DNA of 64,000 bases, from positions 561 to 64,560 of the forward strand of contig CACOBL010000002.1 in the NCBI GenBank assembly GCA_902625455.1, written 5' to 3'. Under the pieces are notes generated by a model. That model did no database searches and was not told the DNA's origin. It saw only the letters and a list, made by a program, of their open reading frames with translations. Origin of the DNA: an uncultured Candidatus Actinomarina sp. GTDB taxonomy: Bacteria > Actinomycetota > Acidimicrobiia > Actinomarinales > Actinomarinaceae. Below are positions 37,340 to 48,817 of the stretch, piece by piece; positions within the stretch are counted from its first letter, which is position 1; every line of letters starts with the position of its first letter. Position numbers and translations under genes: made by a program.

Positions 37340-37947
37340 TGTCAATTTCAGCAGCTGATGTAAAAAAATTACGTGACATGACTGGCGCTGGAATGATGGA
37401 TGCTAAAAAAGCTCTGACAGAAAGTGATGGAGATTTCGACAGTGCTGTTAAGTATCTTAGAGAAAAAGGTTTAGCAGACTCAAAAAAAAGAGCAGATAAA
37501 GAAGCGAACCAAGGAACTATCGGTGATTATATTCATTTTCAACAAGATAGAGCTGTTGCTGGTGTTCTCGTTGAACTAGCCTGTGAAACTGATTTTGTTG
37601 CTAAATCAGATGAATTTAAAAATGTTGCTAAACAAGTTGCAATGCATATAGCGGCTTTAAAACCTGAATTTTTAAATGTCGAAGATGTACCTTTAGAAAG
37701 AATCGATGAGGAAAAAGAAATTATTAAAAAGCAATCAGAAAATGAAGGAAAACCTGAAGATGTTATTTCAAAAATTGTCGATGGAAAAATTTCATCTTTT
37801 TATAAAGATTATGTATTGAATGAACAAACATTTTGTAATCCTGAATTTTATGAAGGTCAAGTTGGTACAATGATTGAAGAACTATCTGGAAAATTAGGTG
37901 AAAAAATTTACATTAAGAAATTTTCGAGAATCGAGGTTGGTACATAG
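37339..37947 (+). CDS. tsf: elongation factor Ts (short form)
   Basis: [27 protein letters not shown]. Confidence 0.95.
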   Translation: MSISAADVKKLRDMTGAGMMDAKKALTESDGDFDSAVKYLREKGLADSKKRADKEANQGTIGDYIHFQQDRAVAGVLVELACETDFVAKSDEFKNVAKQVAMHIAALKPEFLNVEDVPLERIDEEKEIIKKQSENEGKPEDVISKIVDGKISSFYKDYVLNEQTFCNPEFYEGQVGTMIEELSGKLGEKIYIKKFSRIEVGT

Positions 37948-37949
37948 TA

Positions 37950-38651
37950 ATGAGTAGGGTTCTACTAAAACTATCAGGAGAATCCTTTGCTGATACCAGT
38001 ACTAATTTTGGTATTGATCCAAGAGTTATTGAAAGAATTGCTTCTGAGATAACACAAGCTAACAATGAGGATATACAAATAGGTGTTGTTGTAGGTGGTG
38101 GTAATTTTTTTAGGGGCGTACAAGAATCTGCTAAAAATATGGCACAAGCAAACGCAGACTATATGGGAATGTTAGCAACTGTAATTAATGCTGTTGCTTT
38201 AAAAGATGCTTTAGATAAGAACGGTACACAAACTCGAGTTCAATCAGCCATAACTATGACTTCCGTAGCAGAACCTTATATTAGATTACGCGCAATAAGA
38301 CATCTTGAAAAAGGCAGAGTTGTAATCTTTGCTGCAGGTACAGGTAATCCATATTTTACAACAGATACAGCTGCCTCACTTCGGGCAGCAGAGATAGATG
38401 CAGATTTAATGTTAAAATCAACAAGAGTAAATGGTGTTTACGACAAAGATCCTGAAGTTAATGATAAAGCGGAGCTGTTTAATGAAATTTCATACAAGGA
38501 TGTTGTGTCTAGCAAATTAAAAGTTATGGATTTAACTGCCATAACATTATGTGAAGAGAACGAAATGCCAATAAGAGTATTTGATGGCACTAAAGAACAA
38601 AATATTTATAAAGCCCTTACTGGAGAAAAGCTTGGAACTTTAATTAAATAA
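37950..38651 (+). CDS. pyrH: UMP kinase
   Basis: [32 protein letters not shown]. Confidence 0.96.
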   Translation: MSRVLLKLSGESFADTSTNFGIDPRVIERIASEITQANNEDIQIGVVVGGGNFFRGVQESAKNMAQANADYMGMLATVINAVALKDALDKNGTQTRVQSAITMTSVAEPYIRLRAIRHLEKGRVVIFAAGTGNPYFTTDTAASLRAAEIDADLMLKSTRVNGVYDKDPEVNDKAELFNEISYKDVVSSKLKVMDLTAITLCEENEMPIRVFDGTKEQNIYKALTGEKLGTLIK

Positions 38652-39202
38652 TGAGTGAAATTCTTATAAAAGATATTGAACAAAAAATGATTAATTCAAT
38701 AAATCATTTAGTAGATGAATTTTCAACCATAAGAACAGGCAGAGCTAATCCATCACTAGTGGATAAATTGAATGTAGAGTACTACGGAACCAAGACACCA
38801 CTTCAACAACTTTCAACAATATCTGTTCCTGATCCAAAATTATTAGTTATACAACCTTTTGATAAAACAGCTTTAGAAGAGATAGAAAAATCAATATTAA
38901 ATGCAGATATTGGATTAAATCCAACTAATGATGGAGAAGTAATTCGTATACCAATACCTCCACTATCAGAAGAAAGAAGAAAAGAACTTGGTAAAGTAGC
39001 TTCCAAATCATCAGAAGATGCAAAAGTTTCAATTCGATCGCATCGTAGATATGGAATAGATGAAATCTCCAAATTAAAAGATGAAAACTCTGCTGATGAA
39101 ATAAAAAGGTTGGAATCAAAAGTACAAGAATTAACTGATAAATATGTAAATAAAATCGATGAATTGCTTTTGGTGAAACAAAATGAATTACTTGAGGTAT
39201 AA
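38651..39202 (+). CDS. frr: ribosome recycling factor
   Basis: IRTGRANP, YYG, PPLSEERRKEL. Confidence 0.96.
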   Translation: MSEILIKDIEQKMINSINHLVDEFSTIRTGRANPSLVDKLNVEYYGTKTPLQQLSTISVPDPKLLVIQPFDKTALEEIEKSILNADIGLNPTNDGEVIRIPIPPLSEERRKELGKVASKSSEDAKVSIRSHRRYGIDEISKLKDENSADEIKRLESKVQELTDKYVNKIDELLLVKQNELLEV

Positions 39203-40100
39203 AAAATTATACCAATCAGATAATGATGGAACTTTTTGGCCTGGATACATTGAGCTTCCTGACGATAACGATCTAACTGAAATAGAGACAGCTAACAAAA
39301 ATTCATCATTTTTCTCATCAAATCCAAGACTTATAACTGGTTTAGCTTTACTGATTATTGTTGCTGTTATGTTTTCAAATAAAACTACAGCTTTAATTTT
39401 GTTGTTAATTGTTGGATTTATCGCTACAAAGGAATGGTTTGATATGTTTGAATACGAACGAATCGTTCCCTATCCTTTGTTGTTGTATGCAGCACTTGCA
39501 CCACTGTTAGTTGTTTATTTTTTTGGTTTAAACAATTTTCACATTCCTTATTTAGTATTTCCTGTAGGGGTGATTATTTACACAGGAACTTTCGTGACGT
39601 ATGGTATCTATGATAAATTCGGCAGTTCATTTTTGTTTATAGTTTGGTTTGGAACTGGATTGGCATCTATAGGTTTTTCGCTAAATAATTTTGGACCTTT
39701 ATTTACTTTTCTATTATTAATTTCAATATCAATTAATGACGTTGCTGCATACGAGTTTGGTAGAAGATATGGCAAGAGAAAGTTAGCTAAAAATATATCA
39801 CCTAATAAGACAGTTGAAGGCTTTCTAGCTGGATTATTTTTAGGATCTGTTTTTGTTTTTTTTGTACTAAATTATTTTTTAAATATTACTTTTGCTCAAA
39901 TAATATTAATTTCTATATTGTTTTCCATATTTGGAACATTGGGAGATTTATTTGAGTCAAAAATTAAACGATCAATTGAACTTAAGGATACGAGTACTTT
40001 TTTGCCAGGTCATGGTGGAGTTCTTGATAGAATCGATTCACAGTTATTAAGCTTTCCAATATTTCTTCTTTTTGTGCAGTTTTTAGATTTAATTCAATAA
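39183..40100 (+). CDS. cdsA: phosphatidate cytidylyltransferase
   Basis: DVAAY..G, ISPNKTVEG, GDLFES..KR, PGHGGVLDRIDS. Confidence 0.92.
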   Translation: MNYLRYKKLYQSDNDGTFWPGYIELPDDNDLTEIETANKNSSFFSSNPRLITGLALLIIVAVMFSNKTTALILLLIVGFIATKEWFDMFEYERIVPYPLLLYAALAPLLVVYFFGLNNFHIPYLVFPVGVIIYTGTFVTYGIYDKFGSSFLFIVWFGTGLASIGFSLNNFGPLFTFLLLISISINDVAAYEFGRRYGKRKLAKNISPNKTVEGFLAGLFLGSVFVFFVLNYFLNITFAQIILISILFSIFGTLGDLFESKIKRSIELKDTSTFLPGHGGVLDRIDSQLLSFPIFLLFVQFLDLIQ

Positions 40101-40116
40101 GTGTAATAATTAAACT

Positions 40117-41220
40117 ATGAATGCTATTGTAACTATTTTGCTTCTCACATTGTTTGTAGTACTACACGAGTTAGGTCACTATATTTCCGCGCGAAGATCT
40201 AAAATTGCAGTATCAGAATTTTTTGTTGGTTTCGGTCCTAAGTTGTTTTCATTCAAAAAAAACAATACTGAATATGGATTAAAAGCTATCTTATTAGGTG
40301 GATATGTAAAAATACCTGGAATGGATGAAAACGAGGTTGTATCAGATTATACAAGTAAAGAATTGTTTCATACAGCATCATGGACAAAGAAACTTTACAT
40401 TGCTTCATCAGGAATTTTGGTAAATTTTTTTCTTGCTTGGATAATTTTGTTCTCTATTTTTGCTTTCTATGGAATTGATCAACCAACATTGGAAATAGAA
40501 ACAATTGGCAATTCAATAACTAATCCAAATGGAGATGCTCCTTCTAAAAAGGCTGGTCTTTTACCAGGTGACATCATTTATTCATTTAACGGTACAGAAG
40601 TTAAAACCTGGGACGAGCTGGTATCAATTATTGAAGAAAATCCTAATAAAAATATTTCGATCGGATATTTTAGAAATTCTCAAATGTATTTAACTACCAC
40701 TAAATTAGAATCAAGAAACCTTAATAATCAGAACTTTGGATACCTGGGGGTCTCACCTGTATTAGAAAAACAAACTCTTGGTTTATTTCAAGCAATTTCT
40801 GCAACAACGCTTGTAGAGATTGATATGACGAAAGCTGCTGTGAAAGGAATTCTTACTTTATTCAATCCCTCAACACTGGAAGCATTACTAGGCACTTACA
40901 CTGGTGAAACAATTCCAGACGAAGTAAGACCTTTAAGTCCAATTGGTTTGGCTCAGGCAGGGAATCAAATAGCTGAAGGTGGCTATGTAAACTTATTTAG
41001 CTTACTTGCTTTTGTTAATATTTTCTTAGCTGTTTTTAACTCAATACCATTAGTTCCATTGGATGGTGGAAGAATAGTTTTAGCTTTATATGAGGGAATA
41101 ACAGGTAAAAAAATTGAAGACAAAAAATTATATCCAATTGCTGCAGTTGTAATTTTTATCTTTGTATTCTTAGGAATAACTGCATTTTATCTTGATATTA
41201 CGCAACCAATAAGATTATGA
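40117..41220 (+). CDS. rseP: site-2 (M50) zinc metalloprotease RseP/Rip1 with PDZ domain
   Basis: HELGH, GFGP, GGYVKI, PLDGG. Confidence 0.9.
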   Translation: MNAIVTILLLTLFVVLHELGHYISARRSKIAVSEFFVGFGPKLFSFKKNNTEYGLKAILLGGYVKIPGMDENEVVSDYTSKELFHTASWTKKLYIASSGILVNFFLAWIILFSIFAFYGIDQPTLEIETIGNSITNPNGDAPSKKAGLLPGDIIYSFNGTEVKTWDELVSIIEENPNKNISIGYFRNSQMYLTTTKLESRNLNNQNFGYLGVSPVLEKQTLGLFQAISATTLVEIDMTKAAVKGILTLFNPSTLEALLGTYTGETIPDEVRPLSPIGLAQAGNQIAEGGYVNLFSLLAFVNIFLAVFNSIPLVPLDGGRIVLALYEGITGKKIEDKKLYPIAAVVIFIFVFLGITAFYLDITQPIRL

Positions 41221-42440
41221 AAATAGATAGAAGAAAAACAAGACAAATTCAAATAGGAAAAGTTGGTATCGGTTCCAATTTTCCTATATCTGTTCAATCT
41301 ATGACAACAACAAAAACAAAAGACGTAGAATCCACACTTGCTCAGATATATGAAATAGCATCTAATGGTGCAGATATTGTGAGAGTTACATGCAATGAAG
41401 TAGATGCTGCAACAGGACTGGTGGAAATTACTAAAAGAAGTCCAGTACCAATAGTTGCTGATATACATTTTCAGTACAAATTAGCTCTTGCAGCTATTGA
41501 AGCAGGAGTAAATGGATTAAGACTAAATCCTGGAAACATTCGAAAAGAACAGCAAATTAAAGAAGTAGCCAAAGAGGCTTTACTAGCAAATATACCTATC
41601 AGAATTGGTGTTAATGGTGGTTCTCTAGATAAAGATTTACTTGAAAAATATGGTGATGCTACACCTGAAGCATTGGTTGAATCTGCACTTAAGGAACTTA
41701 AGTATCTTGAAGATGTTGGATTTTATGATATTAAAATTTCAGTAAAACATTCGAATGTACCATTGATGATAGAGTCATATCGGCTATTAGCTGAAAAAGT
41801 TGATTACCCCTTACATCTTGGCGTTACAGAAGCAGGACCATTACCTGGTGGGTTAATAAAATCAACTGCAGGAATTGGAACACTATTAAGTGAAGGTATT
41901 GGTGATACTATTCGTTATTCTTTAACAACCAATCCTATTGAAGAAGCAAAAAGTGGTAGGTCACTATTAGAGTATCTTGGTTTAAGAGAGAGAAACTCTC
42001 TGGATTTAATTGCATGCCCAAGTTGTGGTAGAGCTGAGGTTGATGTAATTAAAGTAGCTGAAGAGGCTCAAAATGCATTAGACAATGAAAACATTCCTTT
42101 ACAAGTTGCTGTCATGGGATGTGTTGTGAATGGTCCGGGTGAAGCTAGGTCTGCAGATTTAGGCATTGCAGCAGGAAAAAATAAAGGACACTTATTTATA
42201 AAAGGTGAAGTAGTAAGAGTTGTAAATGAAAAAGAAATGGTGGATGCCTTACTTACAGAGGCAAGGTTGATAGTTGAAGAAGGTATTGAAGCTAGACTTG
42301 CAGCAGCAGATAAAAATGCACCAGAACTTGCCCAAAAAGATGTAAATGAACTAATTAACTCCCAAGGAGATATAAATAATTTTTTAGATAGAAAAAAATC
42401 AGTAGTGGAGATATCCTCAAACACTGAAATTGAAAATTAA
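41217..42440 (+). CDS. ispG: (E)-4-hydroxy-3-methylbut-2-enyl-diphosphate synthase
   Basis: SVQSMT, ADIHF, RLNPGN, HLGVTEAG, CPSCGR, MGCVVNGPGEA. Confidence 0.96.
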   Translation: MKIDRRKTRQIQIGKVGIGSNFPISVQSMTTTKTKDVESTLAQIYEIASNGADIVRVTCNEVDAATGLVEITKRSPVPIVADIHFQYKLALAAIEAGVNGLRLNPGNIRKEQQIKEVAKEALLANIPIRIGVNGGSLDKDLLEKYGDATPEALVESALKELKYLEDVGFYDIKISVKHSNVPLMIESYRLLAEKVDYPLHLGVTEAGPLPGGLIKSTAGIGTLLSEGIGDTIRYSLTTNPIEEAKSGRSLLEYLGLRERNSLDLIACPSCGRAEVDVIKVAEEAQNALDNENIPLQVAVMGCVVNGPGEARSADLGIAAGKNKGHLFIKGEVVRVVNEKEMVDALLTEARLIVEEGIEARLAAADKNAPELAQKDVNELINSQGDINNFLDRKKSVVEISSNTEIEN

Positions 42441-42458
42441 AACCTTTAATATATACAC

Positions 42459-43889
42459 ATGGTTGAAAAAATTACTCCGATGTCAGAAGACTTCAATGAG
42501 TGGTATACCGATATTATTCAACAAGCAAAATTAGCTGATTATTCTCCTGTAAAAGGAACAATGGTCATAAGGCCATATGGATATTCACTCTGGGAAGGAG
42601 TCCAAGCTTACCTTGATAAAAAGTTTAAAGAAACTGGACACGAAAATGCTTATTTTCCACTATTTATACCTAATTCATTTATCCAGAAAGAAGCGGAGCA
42701 TGTAGAAGGTTTTTCACCTGAATTAGCAACAGTTACACATGCTGGTGGGAAAGAACTTGAAGAGCCATTAGTTGTAAGACCAACATCTGAAACAATTATT
42801 AATCACATGTTTGCAAAATGGATAAAAAGTCATAGGGATTTACCAATGTTGATAAATCAATGGGCAAATGTTGTCAGATGGGAAATGAGAACTAGATTGT
42901 TTCTAAGAACATCAGAATTTCTGTGGCAGGAAGGTCATACTGCACATAGAACTCAAGAAGAAGCAACAAATGAAGCATTACAGATGTTAAATATATATGC
43001 GGAGTTTGCAGAAAATGCAGCTGGAGTATCTGTTGTCAAGGGTATAAAGTCCGCTAATGAAAGATTTGCTGGGGCTAAAACAACTTATTCTATTGAAGCA
43101 ATGATGAAAGATATGAAAGCATTACAAGCTGGTACATCGCATGAGTTGGGTCAGAATTTCTCAAAAGCTTTTGAAATTCAATATTCTGATGAAAATAACG
43201 AGTTACAGCATCCATATCAAACTAGCTGGGGAGTGAGTACTCGATTAATAGGAATGATAATAATGGCACATGGTGACGATAAAGGCTTACAACTTCCTCC
43301 AAAATTAGCACCTACTCAATCAGTTATTATCCCAATAATTCCTAATGAGGACAGTAAATCAGATGTTTTACAAACAGTTAATAATTTACATAAAGAATTA
43401 AATGAAAATTACAGAATCAAAATAGATGATAGGGATAATATTTCACCGGGCTATAAATTTAATGAGTGGGAGTTAAAAGGAGTTCCGATAAGAATTGAAA
43501 TAGGGCCAAAAGATATAGAACAAAATTCTGTTGTTTTTTCAAGGAGAGATGGTATCAACGGTAAAAATTCGATACCTATAAATGGTGCATCCCAAAAATT
43601 AGGTGAAAATTTAGATGATGTACAAGCTAAATTATTAAAGACTTCAAAGGATTTTAGACAAAACAATACGATACATGTGGACAATAAAGCAGAATTAATT
43701 GATACATTAAATTCAACTCCAGGCTTTGTTACATGTTACTGGAGTGAAAATACATCAGATGAGATAGAAATTAAAGATTTAACTAAAGCTACGCTCAGGT
43801 GTTATCTTTTCGATAATGAAGACACTGGCAAAGCTGTAAATAATGAATTAGTAGAGGGAAAAAAAGCAATTTTTTCAAAGGCATATTAA
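42459..43889 (+). CDS. proS: proline--tRNA ligase (archaeal/eukaryotic type)
   Basis: EHVEGFSPE, RPTSET, QWANVVRWE, EFLWQEGHT, QAGTSH, C-terminal KAY. Confidence 0.95.
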   Translation: MVEKITPMSEDFNEWYTDIIQQAKLADYSPVKGTMVIRPYGYSLWEGVQAYLDKKFKETGHENAYFPLFIPNSFIQKEAEHVEGFSPELATVTHAGGKELEEPLVVRPTSETIINHMFAKWIKSHRDLPMLINQWANVVRWEMRTRLFLRTSEFLWQEGHTAHRTQEEATNEALQMLNIYAEFAENAAGVSVVKGIKSANERFAGAKTTYSIEAMMKDMKALQAGTSHELGQNFSKAFEIQYSDENNELQHPYQTSWGVSTRLIGMIIMAHGDDKGLQLPPKLAPTQSVIIPIIPNEDSKSDVLQTVNNLHKELNENYRIKIDDRDNISPGYKFNEWELKGVPIRIEIGPKDIEQNSVVFSRRDGINGKNSIPINGASQKLGENLDDVQAKLLKTSKDFRQNNTIHVDNKAELIDTLNSTPGFVTCYWSENTSDEIEIKDLTKATLRCYLFDNEDTGKAVNNELVEGKKAIFSKAY

Positions 43890-43951
43890 AAAAGGCTTTA
43901 AATAAACTTTACTATTTGGTACACTACTTTAGAGACAATTTAACTATGTAT

Positions 43952-43976
43952 AGTGGGTTTCAAACCCGCTTTTTTT
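43952..43976 (+). promoter_or_regulatory. rimP leader hairpin / intrinsic terminator (NusA-type attenuator)
   Basis: AGTGGGTTT-C-AAACCCGCT followed by a T run, just before the rimP RBS. Confidence 0.7.
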
Positions 43977-43992
43977 ATGAATGGAGGTTTAT

Positions 43993-44466
43993 ATGGTTTC
44001 TGAAAAAGAAATCTTTAATGCTTTCGATTTATATCTAAGTGAAGAAAATCTTGAACTTTACGACCTTAACATAGTAAATTATCCAGATATCTCAAGAGTT
44101 GAAGTATTCATTGTAAGTGAAAATGAAATAGATATAGATTTAACTTCAAGATTAAATAAACAATTTCAAAGGCTTCTTGAAAATATTGGTATTGAAAAAG
44201 GTTCATATGAAATGATTGTTTCAAGTCCAGGTATTGAAAGAAAGTTAAAAACAAATAGACATTTTGAGCTTGCTCTCGGTCAACTCGTAAAAATTAAATT
44301 ATATGAGCCCATTGACCAACAATATGTTTTAGAGGGCTTAGTAGGATCTACTAGTGAAAAAAATGTTAACTTAATTATCAACTCAGTAGATGTAATAATA
44401 AATTTTTCTAATATCAAAAGCGCAAAAATTGAATACAAAAAATTTAAAGAAAAAGTAAAAGGATAA
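43993..44466 (+). CDS. rimP: ribosome maturation factor RimP
   Basis: YEMIVSSPGIERKL; GGAGG before ATG 43993; precedes nusA. Confidence 0.9.
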   Translation: MVSEKEIFNAFDLYLSEENLELYDLNIVNYPDISRVEVFIVSENEIDIDLTSRLNKQFQRLLENIGIEKGSYEMIVSSPGIERKLKTNRHFELALGQLVKIKLYEPIDQQYVLEGLVGSTSEKNVNLIINSVDVIINFSNIKSAKIEYKKFKEKVKG

Positions 44467-44468
44467 AG

Positions 44469-45500
44469 ATGAAATTAGGTAATGAAAGTAAACAAGCAAT
44501 TGAGTCATTAGCACTTGAAAAAGGTGTAGCTGTAGAAAGCATGTATGAAGCATTAGTATCAGCATTTAGATCTGCTTACATGCGGATACCAGGAGCTGCT
44601 GAAGAAGCAAGAGTTACATTAAACCCAGATTCTGGAGAAGTTCTTATTTATGCTCAAGAATTAGATAATGAAGGAAATGTTATTGAAGAATGGAAAGTTG
44701 AATTAGATGAAGATGAGTTTGGGAGAATTGCTGCACAATCATTTAAGCAAATGATGACCACAAAAATTAGAGATGCAAAACGTGCAACAGTTCTTGAAGC
44801 CTACATTGGCAGAGAAGGAGAGCTTGTCACTGGTATAGTAACTCAATTTGATCCAAGGTTTAATCAAACAATACTCGATCTTCAAGATGCCGAAGCTGTT
44901 ATACCTGCTGGTGAAAGAGTGCCCTTTGAGAGATTAGAAAGAGGAAATAGAGTAAAAGCTTTAATCACCGAAGTTAGAGAAGATGCAAAAGGCGTACCAA
45001 TTATTGTAAGTAGAAGTAGAGCAGAATTTGTTCAAAGAATGCTTGAACTTGAAGTTCCTGAACTCACAGATGGAACAGTTGAATTAAGAGCGATAGCCCG
45101 AGAACCAGGAAGCCGAACTAAAATTGCAGTATTTTCTAACGACCCAAATGTAGACCCTAAAGGAGCTTGTGTCGGATCACGAGGTAACAGAGTTAGGCAA
45201 ATTGTAAATGAGTTAAGAGGAGAAAAACTTGATGTTGTTGAATGGAGAGAAGATAAAGTTCGTTTTATAAAAGAAGCATTAGGACCTGCAGATATTGATG
45301 AAGTTGAGATTGATGAAGATTTAAAGTCTGCAAAAGTTGTTGTTAAAGATAGTCAATTGTCACTTGCTATAGGCAAAGAAGGCCAGAATGCAAGATTAGC
45401 GGCAAAATTAACAGGCTACAAAATTGATATAGAAGGTTTAGGTGATTCACCTCAAGAAGAATTAGAGGTGTCAGAAGAAGTAAAAAACGAGGAAGAATAA
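44469..45500 (+). CDS. nusA: transcription termination factor NusA
   Basis: FGRIAAQ, AREPGSRTKIAV, GACVG.RG.R, SLAIGKEGQNARLA. Confidence 0.96.
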   Translation: MKLGNESKQAIESLALEKGVAVESMYEALVSAFRSAYMRIPGAAEEARVTLNPDSGEVLIYAQELDNEGNVIEEWKVELDEDEFGRIAAQSFKQMMTTKIRDAKRATVLEAYIGREGELVTGIVTQFDPRFNQTILDLQDAEAVIPAGERVPFERLERGNRVKALITEVREDAKGVPIIVSRSRAEFVQRMLELEVPELTDGTVELRAIAREPGSRTKIAVFSNDPNVDPKGACVGSRGNRVRQIVNELRGEKLDVVEWREDKVRFIKEALGPADIDEVEIDEDLKSAKVVVKDSQLSLAIGKEGQNARLAAKLTGYKIDIEGLGDSPQEELEVSEEVKNEEE

Positions 45501-47522
45501 ATGGCAAAAAAGCGAATTCATCAAATCGCTAAAGAATTAGATGTTGCTTCAGCTGATGTACTTTTTCATGCAAAAGAGTTAGGTTTTGAAGTTAAAACAG
45601 CTTCATCTGGTTTAACTGGTGAAGAGGAGGAGTTAGTTAAACTATCTTTATTTCCTGAAGTTGAAGAAAAGAAAGATGTAGTCGAAGACAAGAAAGATAA
45701 ACCTGAAGAACAAAACATATCAGCTGATGAAAATAAACAAATTGAAAAAGAACAAGATGATATTTCTATAGAAATTATTGAAATAACATCAAATTCATCA
45801 CCCAAAAATCTAGGTGAAATAATAGATATTGATGCTACACAGATTGTTGCTGATCTGATGGGGCTAGGCATTATGAAAGCTATTGATACTCCTTTAGAAA
45901 ATAGCGAAATTGAACAACTTCTAGAAAAATACAATTTAATTGCAGAATTCGTAGAACCTGTATCAATTCAAAGGGCAGACATAATCGAAATTGAAAAGTT
46001 TGAAGATGACCCAGATAAATTAACACTAAGAGCTCCGATAATTACTGTAATGGGACATGTCGATCATGGTAAAACTAGTTTGTTGGATTATATTAGAAAT
46101 GAAAAGGTTGCTGATGGTGAGGCTGGAGGAATAACTCAACATGTAGGAGCATACAAAGTTGAGTCAGGTGAAACGGGAATTACGTTTATAGATACTCCTG
46201 GACACGAAGCTTTTACTCAAATGCGTGCAAGAGGAGCAAACGTTACAGATATTGTGGTTTTAGTGGTTGCCGCAGATGATGGTGTTATGCCCCAAACAAT
46301 AGAAGCAATAAATCATTCTACGGCAGCAGAAGTACCTATAGTTGTTGCAATAAACAAATGTGATTTACCAGAAGCTAACCCATCTTTAATAAAGGCAGAT
46401 CTTACAAAATATGGTGTGATAACTGAAGATTTGGGTGGAGATGTTCCAGCCGTTGAAGTATCAGCATTAAAGGGAACCGGTATTGATGACCTACTTGAGA
46501 CACTATCACTAGTAGCTGAAATCGAAGAACTAAAGTCAAACTTTAATACTCAAGCCTCTGGTTATATTGTCGAATCAAGAATGGAAGTAGGGAGAGGAAA
46601 TGTAGCTACAGTCATCGTAACTAGGGGAACACTTAAGCAAGGAGATTTTCTTTATGCTGGGCAAGCATTTTGTAGAGTAAAATCAATGTTTGACCACAAT
46701 AACAAAACTCATAAAAATATTGTTCCAGGTTCCCCAATTGACATAATTGGATGGGATGAATCTCCGACTGCAGGCGATCAGTTTATAGTTGAAAAAAATC
46801 AGAAAATTGCAAAATCAAAAGCTGAAGAAAATAAAAATAAACTTAAACAGCACGAAGACTCTTCATTTTCTGTTGAGTCAAGAATGTCAGATATGATGAA
46901 GCTTCTTCAAGAAGGAGAATTAAACACGGTCAATGTAATCTTGAAAGCAGATACTAACGGTTCTGTTGAGGCTATCAAAGACGGAATAACAAAATTAGCA
47001 ACCGATGATGTTAATATACAAATCGTTCATTCAGCTGTTGGTGGTGTTGTATTATCAGATGTAGATTTAGCCGGTGCAACAAATTCATTAATTATTGGTT
47101 TTAATGTAAGACCAGATAGTCAATCTAGAAATATGGCACAAAGCAAAGGAATTGATATTAGAACATATAACATAATTTATGAACTTTTAGATGATGTTGC
47201 AGAAGCTGTATTAGGTGAAATGACTATTAAAACAGAAGAGGCTGTTATCGGAATGGTAGATGTTAAGACAACATTTAGAGCACCAAAAGTAGGCGTGGTC
47301 GCTGGATCTATCGTTACTGAAGGTAAGGTTGAGATTGATGCAAAGGCCAGATTATTACGTGGTGGAGTTGTGATTTATGAAGGTTCTGTAGTTTCTTTAA
47401 GAAGATTTAAAGATAATGTAGAGGTAGTCAACGAAGGATTAGAGTGTGGTATTGGCCTAACAGATTATAAAGACATTAAAGAGGGAGATACCATCGAAAT
47501 ACTTGGCGAAGTTGAGGTATAA
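45501..47522 (+). CDS. infB: translation initiation factor IF-2
   Basis: [34 protein letters not shown]. Confidence 0.97.
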   Translation: MAKKRIHQIAKELDVASADVLFHAKELGFEVKTASSGLTGEEEELVKLSLFPEVEEKKDVVEDKKDKPEEQNISADENKQIEKEQDDISIEIIEITSNSSPKNLGEIIDIDATQIVADLMGLGIMKAIDTPLENSEIEQLLEKYNLIAEFVEPVSIQRADIIEIEKFEDDPDKLTLRAPIITVMGHVDHGKTSLLDYIRNEKVADGEAGGITQHVGAYKVESGETGITFIDTPGHEAFTQMRARGANVTDIVVLVVAADDGVMPQTIEAINHSTAAEVPIVVAINKCDLPEANPSLIKADLTKYGVITEDLGGDVPAVEVSALKGTGIDDLLETLSLVAEIEELKSNFNTQASGYIVESRMEVGRGNVATVIVTRGTLKQGDFLYAGQAFCRVKSMFDHNNKTHKNIVPGSPIDIIGWDESPTAGDQFIVEKNQKIAKSKAEENKNKLKQHEDSSFSVESRMSDMMKLLQEGELNTVNVILKADTNGSVEAIKDGITKLATDDVNIQIVHSAVGGVVLSDVDLAGATNSLIIGFNVRPDSQSRNMAQSKGIDIRTYNIIYELLDDVAEAVLGEMTIKTEEAVIGMVDVKTTFRAPKVGVVAGSIVTEGKVEIDAKARLLRGGVVIYEGSVVSLRRFKDNVEVVNEGLECGIGLTDYKDIKEGDTIEILGEVEV

Positions 47523-47531
47523 CAAAATAAA

Positions 47532-47879
47532 ATGAGTGAGCAAACGCGAGGAGGACGAATAAATAGAATCAACCCGCTTATTCATCAAATTATTTCAAAT
47601 GCATTACTCAGAAATTCAGATCCACTTCTTAACAAGGCAACAGTTACTCATGTCTCGACTTCTCCTGATTTAAAGAAATGTATTGTCTTCGTATCAACAT
47701 TAGAGTCAAATGAGGGTAGTTTAAAAATATCTTTAGAAAAAAACAGAAATAAAGTCCAAAGAATCCTTAGTAAAGAAATGACAACTAGAAATGTTCCAAA
47801 AATAATATTCGAAATAGACAATACACTTAACAATGTTTCAAGGATTAATCAATTAATAGAAAAGGTAAATAAAGATTGA
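47532..47879 (+). CDS. rbfA: ribosome-binding factor A
   Basis: DP, TVT.V..SPDL, R.VP.I.F..D; follows infB. Confidence 0.85.
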   Translation: MSEQTRGGRINRINPLIHQIISNALLRNSDPLLNKATVTHVSTSPDLKKCIVFVSTLESNEGSLKISLEKNRNKVQRILSKEMTTRNVPKIIFEIDNTLNNVSRINQLIEKVNKD

Positions 47880-48817
47880 GTGAATTATTTTTAAATTTAG
47901 AAAATAAAAAAATACTTATAACTGGTCACGTTAATCCAGATGGAGATGCGCTTGGTTCAGCATTAGCGTATAAAATCATCCTGAATGAATTAGGTATAGA
48001 ATCTGATGTTTGTTTTGATATAAAGGGGTCATTACCTTCAAACTTAAATCATCTTCCTTTTGATCTTATTGATGACTCCGTAGCTAACCAATATGACAGA
48101 GTCTTCGTATTTGATTGTGGAAATTCTGATAGATTGGGAAAGTATGAATATTTAGCTAGTGAAGCTAAAGAAGTTGTAGTAGTTGACCATCATATAAATC
48201 CAACATTTGGTGACATTAAAATTATCGACACTACTGCAGCAAGCACAACGCAGGTTTTGTTCAGAGAAATAAAAAAATATGGATATGAGATATCGAAAGA
48301 AATTGCTAATTGCCTTATGACAGGGCTTGTTACTGATACAGGAAGATTCCAATATTCTAATACAGATTCTGAGGTTTTTAATATCGCTTCAGAATTGATG
48401 TTGGCTGGAGCAGAGTTAACAAAAATAAGCGAAAATATTTATGGCTCAATTGAAATGAGTGGCGTAAAAATGCAAAGCTTGATAATTGATCGTATAGAAT
48501 TAGATGAAGAAATAGCTCTTGTAACTTCATTTGTTCTTCAAGAAGATTATAAAAGGTTTGGAGTAAAAGAGTCAGAAGTTGACTTCTTAATTGATGTAAT
48601 TCGATTAGTCAAAGAATCAAATGTAGCGTTACTTGTTAAAGAACAAATCGATGGAACTTTTAAAGGCAGTTTGAGATCAAGAAATGATATTGATGTACAA
48701 TTAGTTGCTTCAGAATTTGGTGGTGGTGGCCATAAGGCTGCATCTGGTTTTTCTTCTAGTGAAAGTTTTGAAAAGATTAAATTAAGAGTGAAGAAATCAA
48801 TTGAATCTCAGTTCTAA
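47876..48817 (+). CDS. nrnA: DHH family oligoribonuclease/pAp phosphatase
   Basis: HVNPDGDALGS, DHH, TDTGRF, GGGGHKAASG. Confidence 0.9.
   Translation: MSELFLNLENKKILITGHVNPDGDALGSALAYKIILNELGIESDVCFDIKGSLPSNLNHLPFDLIDDSVANQYDRVFVFDCGNSDRLGKYEYLASEAKEVVVVDHHINPTFGDIKIIDTTAASTTQVLFREIKKYGYEISKEIANCLMTGLVTDTGRFQYSNTDSEVFNIASELMLAGAELTKISENIYGSIEMSGVKMQSLIIDRIELDEEIALVTSFVLQEDYKRFGVKESEVDFLIDVIRLVKESNVALLVKEQIDGTFKGSLRSRNDIDVQLVASEFGGGGHKAASGFSSSESFEKIKLRVKKSIESQF

Noticed and set aside
37339..37947. EF-Ts of only 202 aa as a possible truncation
   Set aside because: Short EF-Ts forms are established in several phyla and both ends look intact
42459..43889. Archaeal/eukaryotic-type ProRS as recent horizontal transfer
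   Set aside because: This type is widespread in bacteria and the gene sits in the normal ispG-proS-rimP context
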